Shown here: positions 1 to 10,527 of the stretch, piece after piece
How positions within the stretch are numbered: the stretch's first letter is position 1
Layout: the number at the start of each line of letters is the position of its first letter
Origin: Nemertoderma westbladi
Taxonomy: Eukaryota; Animalia; Xenacoelomorpha
Direction: 5' to 3'
Length of the DNA: 40,974 nucleotides
Assembly (NCBI GenBank): GCA_032718475.1
Contig: JAUCBJ010004811.1
Span: 1-40,974, forward strand
Notes under the pieces: generated by a model
Database searches by the model: none
Told to the model about the DNA's origin: nothing
The model's input: the letters and a program-made list of their open reading frames with translations, nothing else
Program-made: the position numbers and the translations under genes

Positions 1-102
1 TCCCAATCATTGTCTCTTTGTTTTCCTGAAAAGTTTTAATTATTTTCGTAAAAGTATTTATTTATTTTTATTTCCTAAACGAGTTACCGGTACACAATCA
101 CG

Positions 103-1332
103 ATGGCACATTCAGAAATCAGCTATTCAAGCAACGATCTGGTTTGCAACGAAAATCAGTTTATGCTACAAGACAACTCGTTTGGTCTATATTTCGATCC
201 GGCGAACAAACTCTTCCCGTTAACGATAAATACAACCTTAAACCAACCCATCCCGATTCCGGCAAACTACGCGCACTTTATTTTCCGCGCCTGCTACGAA
301 CTTCGCGATGGACAATATCAAACCCTCGACGATAATAAACTTCATTCCTCCAACCACGGTTTCAAACTTTTAAAAAGGGCCAACAAAATAACGTTCAATC
401 TAACTACTTCGCCCGAAACGTTTACGATTCCAACTAGTATAGTCGATTTCATTCGAGAAAACATCAACCAAGATGTGGCAAATCGTCTACTGGGTTTAAC
501 CACTCTCGTAACCTCCTTCTTCTCCGATGATCGCTTATTTGATTTTCATAGTATCGCAAACTCGATTCTTCTTCTCATCTGGAACTCGTCGACTCCGACC
601 GAGGAAGAGGAGACTCGTTTCTTTAAACTTTTCGATAAGGATGTTCTCGCTTTCGGCGAGAAATTGAATGAGCTCACATGCTTTTTCGCCAATAAAGTCT
701 CCTATTACTTTGGATTCAATTATAGAGTTGGCACCTATGGAAGTATTAACCCAGTGAATCCACTCGAGTTAATAAAGCTGGAAGACACTGTAAACAGTTC
801 ATGGATCACATTTTCCGTCGCCTGCGCCAATTTATTTCAACAATATGTAAACATCTGTCGCCCTTTTATTAATCCTACTACTCACCTTGTCCTAAAACCG
901 GGCAATTGGGTTGCTTTTGACTATTGCACTTTTGGGTTTGTTACAAATATTCGGAACGAGCGCAATTTAGCGATCACCAATGGCTACAGGGTTGACGATG
1001 GAAAGGCTATTGTTTCTTCTAGGGGCATGATTCTTCTTACACCAACCGAGGTCGGCGAATTGAAATGGTTCGATTCAACCATCGAGGATAGTGAATGTGT
1101 CTGCTACGATGAACTTAACGTCTACAAAGACAACATTTCCGAGCGAATATCGATACAAAGTTGTATCAGTGATTCAGAAATTGATTTACAGATAACCGAG
1201 AGAAAATTTAACGAATCCTTTACTATAGCTAACACAATTCAAGCGCGCGAGGCTCTAATCAGATTCAAGGCTATGGCTATACAATTTGCTTTCAAACCAA
1301 AGCAGATTACGATCCCCAATCACTCTCAGTGA
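103..1332 (+). CDS. Orphan intronless ORF, 409 aa, unknown function (possibly viral or mobile-element cargo)
   Basis: 1230-bp uninterrupted ATG-to-TGA frame in AT-rich DNA, non-repetitive globular-type composition; no motif recognised. Confidence 0.6.
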   Translation: MAHSEISYSSNDLVCNENQFMLQDNSFGLYFDPANKLFPLTINTTLNQPIPIPANYAHFIFRACYELRDGQYQTLDDNKLHSSNHGFKLLKRANKITFNLTTSPETFTIPTSIVDFIRENINQDVANRLLGLTTLVTSFFSDDRLFDFHSIANSILLLIWNSSTPTEEEETRFFKLFDKDVLAFGEKLNELTCFFANKVSYYFGFNYRVGTYGSINPVNPLELIKLEDTVNSSWITFSVACANLFQQYVNICRPFINPTTHLVLKPGNWVAFDYCTFGFVTNIRNERNLAITNGYRVDDGKAIVSSRGMILLTPTEVGELKWFDSTIEDSECVCYDELNVYKDNISERISIQSCISDSEIDLQITERKFNESFTIANTIQAREALIRFKAMAIQFAFKPKQITIPNHSQ

Positions 1333-1333
1333 T

Positions 1334-1693
1334 TAGACTATGCCTCAGTGAGGCATAGTCTATGCCTCAGTGAGGCATAGTCTATGCCTCAGTGCCCCAG
1401 TGAGACATAGTCTATGCCTCAGTGAGGCATAGTCTATGCCTCAGTGAGGCATAGTCTATGCCTCAATGAGGCATAGTCTACGCCTCAGTGCCTCAGTGAG
1501 GGATAGTCTATGCCTCAGTGAGGCATAGTCTATGCCTCAGTGAGGCATAGTCTATGCCTCAGTGAGGCATAGTCTATGCCTCAGTGAGTCATAGTCTATG
1601 CCTCAGTGCCTCAATGAGACATAGTCTATGCCTCAGTGAGTCATAGTCTATGCCTCACTGAGTCATAGTCTATGCCTCAGTGAGGCATAGTCT
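1334..1693. repeat. Tandem array of 22-bp palindromic unit CTATGCCTCA-G-TGAGGCATAG-T (~15-16 units)
   Basis: Directly visible; each unit is a 10-bp arm, 1 nt, the reverse-complement arm, 1 nt; three 8-nt CCTCAGTG-type stutters near 1394, 1490 and 1608. Confidence 0.97.
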
Positions 1694-1754
1694 GTGTCAG
1701 GTCTTAAATGAGAGTCTTACAAATTCGAACGTCAACGAACAAATTCGACGGTTA

Positions 1755-1830
1755 CTGTTCCACTTTGGTGTAGTGGTTGCGTTGAATTCACATCTCCCGT
1801 ATGTCATGGGTTCGAACCCTGCATGAACCA
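1755..1830 (+). mobile_element. tRNA-derived SINE head or tRNA relic
   Basis: A-box-like TGGTGTAGTGG (1766-1776) and B-box GGTTCGAACCC (1809-1819) at Pol III spacing; no complete cloverleaf. Confidence 0.5.
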
Positions 1831-1936
1831 GGGCAGTTTTCGTTCGGTCAGCAATAGGGCTAACGTTGCAAAATGCAGTATTATTGCCTAGTAACCAATT
1901 CATGGCTACCGTATGGTTTTCACTTTGAGACATTAA

Positions 1937-2640
1937 GCCCTCTAGCGGCAGACTGGGGAACTTCATACTACTCTGTGACTCTGCAAAAGATATAGCCTAT
2001 GCCATAGTAGATGCCGATTGGGGGGTCAAATTAAGTAATAATATATCTAAATAAGTCTCAAACATCTTGCCTCATGGCTCGCCCCTTAGAACTAGTGATC
2101 TCATTGGTAATATAAAAACTAATTAATCTAAAATTAAAAATCAATGTATAAAGTAAAAGTAATATATATAATTAATCAATTTAAAATAAAGTACAAATGA
2201 ATAAATAAAGTCAAATAGAATACAAATAATTAATTAAAATTAAATATAAATAAATAGTTAAATTGAAAATAACAAAGTTAGAGAAGATGTTAATTTTCAG
2301 ATAATACGCCCTCTAGCGGCAGACTATGGAACTGCAGGCGGTTGGATATAGGTAAGAGTAATTAGTAATCAGAGCTGTCACGGGGTGGGGGCAGGGGCGC
2401 TTGGATACAACTATCATTAATATGCTGTTGCTTGGTTAAAGCTAATTGGGGGGTCAAAGGTCAAAGGTCAACGATAAAGCTGTCTGGATATAGATAAGAG
2501 TAATTAGTTACCAGTAAGGGAGCTGTATACCCATAAAGTACAAATGAATAATTAATTTAGAATTAAATACGAATAAAATAAAATGCAAATAATTAATTAA
2601 AATTAAATATAAATAAATAGATATTAATGAATAAAAGAGC
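1937..2640. repeat. Degenerate modular repeat region, possibly a non-autonomous Helitron/Helentron-like element
   Basis: GCCCTCTAGCGGCAGACT at 1937 and 2308; duplicated AT-rich block (~2185-2260 and ~2533-2620); TGGATATAG-TAAGAGTAATTAGT twice; GGGTCAAAGGTCAAAGGTCA at 2451-2470. Family assignment is inference. Confidence 0.45.
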
Positions 2641-2662
2641 TGCGGTGTCACTTATGACACCC

Positions 2663-2979
2663 TCTTGAGCCGGCTCTGCGACAGTTGGACCTCACTGATG
2701 ACCCATTGTGTGTCAGGGCGCTAATCAGTCTGATTAATTAGGATAATCAATTAAACCCTAATTAGGAGTCATAAGACACCTGTTGGGGTTTAATTGTACT
2801 AATTAATTGATGACACCTGTCAATTAGGGTCTAATTAGCCTAATTGGGAGGTGTCACCCAGACAGTCTGGCGCCAATGACACCCAATGACACCCATAGGG
2901 TGATAATTGGGTGTCATATGACACCCAATGGGTGTCAGTGAGGTCCAACTGTCGCAGAGCCGGCCAAGACCCTACTACT
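2663..2979. mobile_element. MITE-like foldback element with ~35-45-bp inverted repeats
   Basis: GCCGGCTCTGCGACAGTTGGACCTCACTGA (2669-2698) is the exact reverse complement of 2935-2964; internal TGACACC motifs; a diverged copy of the right end lies at ~24603-24655. Confidence 0.8.
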
Positions 2980-3441
2980 GACATTGCTTTCGCCGTGAGG
3001 ACCAGCCAGTGCATAATCTTCTACTTTGGCGCCCTCATGGAGTGAATAAGCGTGGTGGAGCATGGTTGTAAGGTGGATGGGAATGTGGGAAGGTGGATGG
3101 GAATGAAAGAAGATGGGAATGTGGTAAGGTGGGTGGGAAGGTAGGAAGATGGGAATGTGGGAAGGTTGATGGGAATGTGGGAAGATTAATGGGAAGGTCG
3201 GTGGGAATGTAGGAAGATGAGAATGTGGGAAGGTCGGTGGGAATGAAAGAAGCGAATGAATGAAAAGAAATGAATGGGAAATAATCTTCTACTTTGGCGC
3301 CCTCATGGAGTGAATAAGCATGGTGGATAGCCCATGACTTTCTTGAGACGCATCTTAAAGGACACTGGCCTTGAAGATGCGGATGATCTAGCAAATGTCA
3401 TGGGTGATAGGGAGTTGTGACGGTGCAATTTTGTCGATAAG
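2980..3441 (+). mobile_element. RTE-type LINE 3' fragment interrupted by a G-rich satellite insert (3060-3280)
   Basis: Near-identical to 23760-23950 (HCFRR-DQPVH, FLRRILKDTGLEDADDLANV). Confidence 0.9.
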
Positions 3442-3587
3442 AACAGAATCGATGCAGAACCAATGTTGTACCCATATCGTTAGATGCTTTGCTTCCCTAT
3501 ATTACATATGGGCATTGTTTTGGGGAGTGACGTCATTTGGCTTCCTAAAATTAGGTCCACTCTACAGAATATTATACTGTAGCTCTG

Positions 3588-3820
3588 GCCGTGAGGACCA
3601 GCCTGCACACAAACTTATGCATTGACGGCCTCATGTAGAGAATAAGCAATAAGTCTGTTGGACAGCCCATATGACTTTCTTGAGATGACTCGTAAAGAAG
3701 ACTCGGTTTTTTATTTGTGGATAATCTCGTGAAAGACATTGTGATAGAGAGTTGTGCCGCTGCAATAGTGTCGACCTGCGGCATAGCATTCTTAATGCAG
3801 CTGCAATGCAGCACGCCAAT
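3588..3820 (+). mobile_element. Older diverged RTE-type LINE 3' fragment
   Basis: Aligns by eye with 23772-24000 including GCAGCTGCAATGCAGCA. Confidence 0.75.
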
Positions 3821-4835
3821 TATAGAGATTTTGGGAACATTTAACTGTTTCTAGAAAAGTATATAAAGTCACGAAGTTTATTTAATGTTTATCAAGAGTA
3901 ATTAATAGTAATTAATTAATATTTAATGTGGTTTATATTATAAATAAAATGTAATAATCCTATTAGAAACAGACCAAACCGACATATTTTAATTAACTCG
4001 AATTATTTAAAATCCAGATATATAATAAATACAAAAAGCACAAAATAATTAGACTCTTAAACAGTTTAGTAAATCTGCACAGCCGTTCCCAGGTATCCAA
4101 CCAATCTACAATTATAAAATATAATTTACCGAACAGTTTGTCTGTCAAAAGGTTAATTTTAATTTCAACCGAATTACCAAGATTAATTACTAAGGCTATA
4201 TATTTTATAACTATATTACCAATAGGGTTTATACGTATATTATATATTAATAACTCTTTTTAACCAAAGAATCTATTATTGTTTAACAATAAAGTTAATT
4301 ATTTAATAGACAATGTTTTCTCGCTGAGACAGGGGGTGAGACACCTAGAGGAGCAGGTTACTGAGGCACGTTATTATAACCAAAACAATAAACAATAGCA
4401 CAGATTACAGTTGTATTTGTGGGAGTAATCAGCTGTTATTTGTGTAGATTTTCCCCTTGAGAGGGATGTATTTTTATTGCCTCGAATCCCCCCTGTCTGT
4501 TTCATCTCTAAGACGAAATGATTCATAAAACAGAAAAGTAATTCTATTTGTAAAAGATAATTAAATAATATAATTCAAAGATTCAGAAACTATATGTAAC
4601 AACACAATATATGTTACAAACACACAACAATGGATGGTAGACTAATTATTAATTAACTAATTAATAACAACAGCACTAAATGTATTTCCATAAATCGTAA
4701 CGTTTAATTTTTAACTTTATTTATATTTTCCCAAACTAAAGAGTTTAAATTCGGTGAGTTTAACTAAAGATTAAAAGTTCCTCTTTCCAATACTTTTTTT
4801 CATCCTATAACTTTATTTTAATTAATTTCACTTGT

Positions 4836-6215
4836 TTATTTAGGAAGAGGCGGTTTTATTTCAATAATTTCAGCTAAGTGTTCTTGGTTAGTTTCCCTAA
4901 GTCCGTCACAGAATGTAAGAAAGTCTTTGTAGGGCCGTTTCTTAATGAATTCAATAAGTTCATTGTTCCTTGTAAGACTATCTGGATGTGATTTAATTAT
5001 TTCTACCTGATTTCCAGTTATAACAAATCGACTTTGTAGATAAATTATTAGTGGCTTTAATTCTAAATTATCAGCCAATTCGTATTGTCCCCCTGTGAGT
5101 TTATTTCTAACTGTTTCATCAATAATTCCCTTAACTACCGTCTGTATCTCTTCCCCTAACGGACCCACCTTCCCAACGTATTTCCCTATTTCTTCCCATT
5201 TTTTTGCTCCTTTTATTTTCTCACTAACTTCTCCTACATTAATATGTTCTATCTGATCGGTTTGGTTTATATTAATTTTAATAATAGTTCCCTTCCAGTA
5301 ACCAATCAGTAGGTAATTCCCTTCTGGGTGGAAGTTAATAGAATTGAACCAGTTCCACTCCCCACCCGGCCGACCCACAAACTTCTTTATTACCCTCCAT
5401 TCTCCATCTAATAAACTTATACACGATGAACCATCTGTAAACCAGCTCCACACAGCAACCCTCCCACCCTGAGGTTCCCACTTAACCTCCGTCCCTCCTA
5501 CACTCTGTTCCCATAATTCCGCACCGGTTATAAAGGAAATACATTTAGTAAACCCGTCACCCGTTATTAACAGTTTAGTACCATCTGTATTAAACGCTAC
5601 CGACCGGACTTCCCTTTCCCCTTCCATAAGAACCTTTATTAGGTTCCCTTTGAGGTCCCAGAGTTTAGCGGTCCCATCGCTGGAACCGCTAACTACCTGA
5701 GAACCATCTGTATAGAATACAATGTCGGTTACCCAGTTACTGTGAGCCGCCCAAGTTTTATGAGTAAATAAATTACCTGTTGCGGTACCGGAAGGATTTA
5801 TTGTAATGATGGATAAAGTTCCATCATTACAACATGTTGATAAAACGTTGGGGTCCGATGGGGAGAAGGTGAGGGCCCACCGATTAGTTTCTGTAGACTC
5901 CGAGTTTATACGGAGTTCATTGTGAGCGACGTGGAACAACAGCTCACGACTCTCCGTATCCCAAACATTTACACCCCCACCGTACCGACTATAGACAGTT
6001 CCCGCGACTCTCTTGGCATCACTTGATATAGCGCATCGGTTTATTCGTCTCTTATCCTCATCTTTGTACCGCCCGATAATTCCGAGGTTCGTTGCATCGC
6101 AAACAACGACGCCCTCGGTACCGGCGTACAGGAACTTGTCTCCATCCGGGAAATGTTGGAGGTCGAACAGTAATATATTATCTTCACCTTTTCGATTCGA
6201 TGGCGCAGCTCCCAT
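4836..6215 (-). CDS. WD40-repeat protein with C-terminal CARD (death-fold) domain and N-terminal myristoylation motif
   Basis: 459-aa intact ORF; WD40 repeats (VNVWD; AHSNWVTDIVFYTDGSQVVSGSSDGTAKLWD); C-terminal ~80 aa LADNLELKPLIIYLQSRFVIT...NELIEFIKKRPYKDFLTFCDGLRETNQEHLAEII fits the CARD pattern; MGAAPS fits MGxxxS; AATAAA 18 nt after the stop. Confidence 0.88.
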   Translation of the reverse strand: MGAAPSNRKGEDNILLFDLQHFPDGDKFLYAGTEGVVVCDATNLGIIGRYKDEDKRRINRCAISSDAKRVAGTVYSRYGGGVNVWDTESRELLFHVAHNELRINSESTETNRWALTFSPSDPNVLSTCCNDGTLSIITINPSGTATGNLFTHKTWAAHSNWVTDIVFYTDGSQVVSGSSDGTAKLWDLKGNLIKVLMEGEREVRSVAFNTDGTKLLITGDGFTKCISFITGAELWEQSVGGTEVKWEPQGGRVAVWSWFTDGSSCISLLDGEWRVIKKFVGRPGGEWNWFNSINFHPEGNYLLIGYWKGTIIKININQTDQIEHINVGEVSEKIKGAKKWEEIGKYVGKVGPLGEEIQTVVKGIIDETVRNKLTGGQYELADNLELKPLIIYLQSRFVITGNQVEIIKSHPDSLTRNNELIEFIKKRPYKDFLTFCDGLRETNQEHLAEIIEIKPPLPK

Positions 6216-8598
6216 TTCTTTATCTGAGTTAATTAATTAATATTCAAGTACAAAAGTATCAGAATTAGTTATAAAATATATGCTATACTGTAGGCCTACT
6301 GGTATAAATAGCCTAGAAGGAGTTGGAATTGGGCTGGAGACAGAGCAGGAGCCGGAGTTTACTTAAAAATATAAAAATTAAAATGTTTTAAATAAAAATT
6401 TTATATTTTTTCGTTCAAGAAATAAAACATCGCTCATAATTAATATCACAATTTACGAATTTTCTCGTTAAAATGCCATTCCAGGAATTAATTTATTATC
6501 TTTACACCTAACAGCAACATTTCACTAGTAAAAAAAATAGTGGGAAGAGTTTGTAATAATTATTCCAAATTAAAGTAGCAAAAATGCATCAACAATAATA
6601 CACAAACGTCGCCAAGATCACACAACTGGTACCGAGGCCTTGTAGGTGCCAGAGTAGGCCTACTGGTATCTAATTTATCTAAAATGTTATTGCAAATCGA
6701 TTTTCGTAGTGTATTTAACTACGTAGTAACACCAATACAGTAAGTGTTGTGGCATCGTCAATTCATAGTACTATATAGGGTGTCGTCGCGTTACGGCTAC
6801 TGTCGCGTTACGGCTACTCTAAAAGTCGCTAATTAACTATTAATAAATGCCACAAACTGACAAACTGCAAATTGATTTATTATTGTACGAAAATGCCACA
6901 ATTCCTAAAAATATGCACTGTAATACAGTTACAGTAATATAATAATCAATAATCTGATAATTCCTTAATAATAATTTGACTTAAAAAAACGTACTAAAAA
7001 ATGATCGATTAATTAAAAATTACTTAGGCCTATACATATAAATTAGGTACATAACTAACTAAAAAAACTATTATTAAAAATGTATTAATTATTAATAACA
7101 TGAATAATAATTAGTAGGCCTACTGTATAAAACTCCACAACAAATTACTGCAAAGTAATTCACAACATAATTACAATGTAAAGTTATATTATTTAAAAAG
7201 TAAGAAATTAACTAAAAATTATAATTAATACATGCAACAAGTATGGGCCACAATTCCAACTAAACCTAGGCTATATGGGAACAATTGCAATTTTACTTTC
7301 TCGTTCGCGTCATCCCGCTTCATTACCATCGAGTAACGACAACATGTTGGGGGTGTTTACGGACCGAGATCGTGTCTTATCCACCACTGAAAGACGGCTG
7401 CAGATGACAGGATGACATCCGCCAAATGTCTGCTAATCGTAAATCGTTTCAGGCACTTAAACTGTCATTCTTGCTCTCCTCCCCCAGTGTCGCCGGTACA
7501 ATTGAACAGTAGGTAACGATAGTGCGGTTGTCTGGTACTGGCAGGGCGGTACTGACAGTCAGACAGTAGGCCTAGTCAAATTAAGTTAAGTATTTTCTAG
7601 AAAATACAGTTTTTTTCACGTGCTGCGCGAAGGGCACATCGTCCTTTGCAGCCGTAAAATTTATACCACATTAAATACAAGACCTGGCTGCCTGGGGTGA
7701 CTGCCTGTAGATTTTCCGGCAAATTGAAGGAAATTTAAGGAAATGGTGCACGAAAACAGGCAAAAATTGACTTTTCGAGAAAGAAGCCATGATTTTCTCA
7801 TGACTCATGATTTTCAATCGTGATGATCGAAGTGGAAAATTACCCGAATTTAAAATTTTTTTTCTATGAAGTTACACAGGTTTTAGAGAGTGTATGTGGG
7901 AAATATGAGACAAATCGGTCCAAAAATTGCCACTGGGGAAAGGTGTTTGTCACTGTGCCTCAAATGTGAGAGAACCAGGATGGAGGCCCCCAAACAGGAA
8001 TGAGTCAAAGGTAGGAATAATTATTATTCCAAAATAATCAAAAAACTGCCAAACATACTTCAACAATTTCAAAGGACCAATTGCCAAGATCGGACAATCA
8101 AATTTATCTAAATTATATTGCAAATAGATTTTCCTAGTAACTATATGAACGACTTCTAACAGAAAATACGTGTTGGCGTTGTGGTACAGTAAATTCATAC
8201 AGTAGTACTCTATACGGAACCGGTATTCATGTAACAGGTAGGCCTACCTGCAATATGGTGTACTGTTCTGCAGAGTGTAAGGTATTGTGAGTTATTAATT
8301 TTGAACTGAAACATTTTTAAATTCACACTGTCAGACGGAACCGGTACATATATGCCTAACCTAAACTGGAGTATTGCTAAGTTTACTAGTAGAGCTGTCC
8401 TTACCAAGTACTATTAAAATGTTTATGGGAGATCAGAGGTCTACGAGTAACGAATATCTGGTACTCTTGTAGAGACCAGTACGGAGTTGGCTCATTGTTC
8501 GAGAGAGTCCGGTTCATAGATACTTCATGGGGATACAGCAACGGTACAGTACATATTGTATTTTATTAACTTTAAACTGAAACATTTTCAAAGCTCAT

Positions 8599-9607
8599 AT
8601 GGAATGTAGGAAAATGGGAATGTTGGAAGATGGGAATATGGGAATGTGGGTTAAATGTATGAAGATCGGAATGTGGGAAGGTGGATGGGAATTGGGGAAG
8701 ATGGGTGGGAATGTAGGAAGTTGGGTGGGAATGTGGGAAGGTGGATGGAATGTAGGAAGATGGGAATATGGGAAGGTCGATGGGAATGTGGTAAGGTGGA
8801 TGGGAATGTGGGAATATGGGAAGGTGGGTGGGAATGTACGACGATGGGAATGTGGGAAAGTTGATGGGAATGTGGGAAGATGGGTGGGAATGTAGGTTGG
8901 TGGTTGGGAATGTAGGAAAGTGGGAATGTGGGAAGGTCGGTGAGAATGTAGGAAGATGGGAATGTGAGAAGGTCGGTGGGAATGTGGGAAGGTGGATGGG
9001 AATGTGGAAAGATTAATGGGAAAGTGGGTGGGAATGTATGAAGGTGGGAATGTGGGAAAGTCGGAGGGAATGTAGGAAGATGGGAATGTAGTAAGGCGCT
9101 TGGGAATGTAGGAAAATGGGAATGTGTGAAAGTCGGTTTGAATGTAAGAAGATGGGAATGTGGGAAGTTCGGTGGGAATGTGGGAAGGTGGAGGGGAATG
9201 TGGGAAGATTAATGGGAAGCTGGGTGGGAATGTAGGAAGATGGGAATGTGAGAAGGTCGGTGGGGATGTAGGAAGATGGGAATGTGAGAAAGTCGGTGGG
9301 AATGTGGGAAGGTGGGAAGATTAATGGGAAGGTGGGTGGGAATGTAGGAAGATGGGAATGTGGGAAGATTAATAGGAAGGTGGGTGGGAATGTAGGAAGA
9401 TGGGAATGTGAGAAGGTGGGTGGGAATGTAGGAAGATGGGAATGTGAGAAGGTCGGCGGGAATGTGGGAAGGTGGATGGGAATGTGGGAAGATTAATGGG
9501 AAGGTGGGTGGGAATGTAGGAAGATGGGAATGTGGGAAGGTCGGTGGGGATGTGGGTGGGAATGTAGGGAGATGGGAATGTGAGAAGGTCGGTGGGAATG
9601 TAGGAAT
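8599..9607. repeat. Complex G-rich satellite built from GGGAATGT / GGAAG / GTGGGT / ATGGG modules
   Basis: ~1 kb, + strand almost devoid of C, GGG tracts every few to ~20 nt; same sequence type at 3060-3280. Confidence 0.95.
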
Positions 9608-9620
9608 CAATATAGGATGT

Positions 9621-9905
9621 TGTTACCTAGCAATTGAGGGAAAGGAGCAGGTTACAGAGGCGGATTTTACTTTCCAAAACAATAGGGTTGATGCAACCTG
9701 CCAATTGAGGGAAAAGGGCAGGTTACAGCAGCAGTCTTTTCTAACCAAACAATATACTTTGTTGATACCTACCAATTTAAGGAAAGTTAAATTAAAGAAT
9801 GTTACAGGGGCGTGATTTCTAACCAAAAATACTACCCCTTAACCAAACCAATAAAAGTGTGTTGAGCAGGTTACATGGTTTCGAGTTTCTAACCAAAACA
9901 ATATA
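9621..9905. repeat. Degenerate ~70-bp tandem repeat, about 4 copies
   Basis: Recurring CAATT..GGAAAG, GCAGGTTACA and TTTCTAACCAAAACAATA blocks. Confidence 0.7.
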
Positions 9906-10527
9906 ATAGCAATAATAAAAAACTGTTTAAAACCAGTAGAGTGACCGACCTATTATAATATGACTTGATGAGATTTCATTGTATTCCATATGATGGATGC
10001 CATTGTATTATCTAGGCTATGTAATACTGAAGTAGTTATTAAAGCTATAGATGTATTTACAGTTAATACAACTAACTTATGTCAGACAGAATAATGCACT
10101 CAACCCACATGTGATGTATAATTTAAATATGTCGCTTTGCATTTTCTATCACAAACAAATAGGAAGTAATAATTACTCATTCGCCTGCCGTCTGTCTTTG
10201 AACTTTGTACTTTTAATTCGACAGAATCGCAAACATTTTGTACTGGCACATTTATTTATCTTGTTTACTTATCTAGTCCGACCCCCCCCCCCCCCCCCCC
10301 ACACCCTTCACATATCGTGGGCTGAGAGTAAAAACCTTCTATACTCTATGGTGGCCCTGTGCGGCCAATTTTTGTAATAGTTTTTTTTGTTTCCCCGACT
10401 TTTGCAAACTCGATCGAACGACTTTAAAAAACTCGGGATAAAAAAAAATTGTTTTTTAACAAAAATAACATAAATTTATTTTACAAACGCGTTCCACTAA
10501 CCTATTAGCTGTAACATATAAGGCAGG

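Noticed and set aside
1334-1693. CRISPR array
   Set aside because: Palindromic repeats are contiguous with no unique spacers, no cas genes, eukaryotic context
1755-1830. Functional tRNA genes here and at 25003-25070
   Set aside because: A and B boxes present but acceptor and anticodon stems do not pair properly
4326-4498. 10-bp inverted repeat AGACAGGGGG/CCCCCTGTCT as a MITE
   Set aside because: Too short, no TSD and no second copy
6775-6820. Transposon terminus-like TAGGGTG with GTCGCGTTACGGCTACT twice
   Set aside because: No matching inverted end found in the window
8599-9815. Overlapping ORFs rich in W/G/M or P/T/H/S (also 3035-3394)
   Set aside because: Translations of the G-rich satellite, open only because of low complexity
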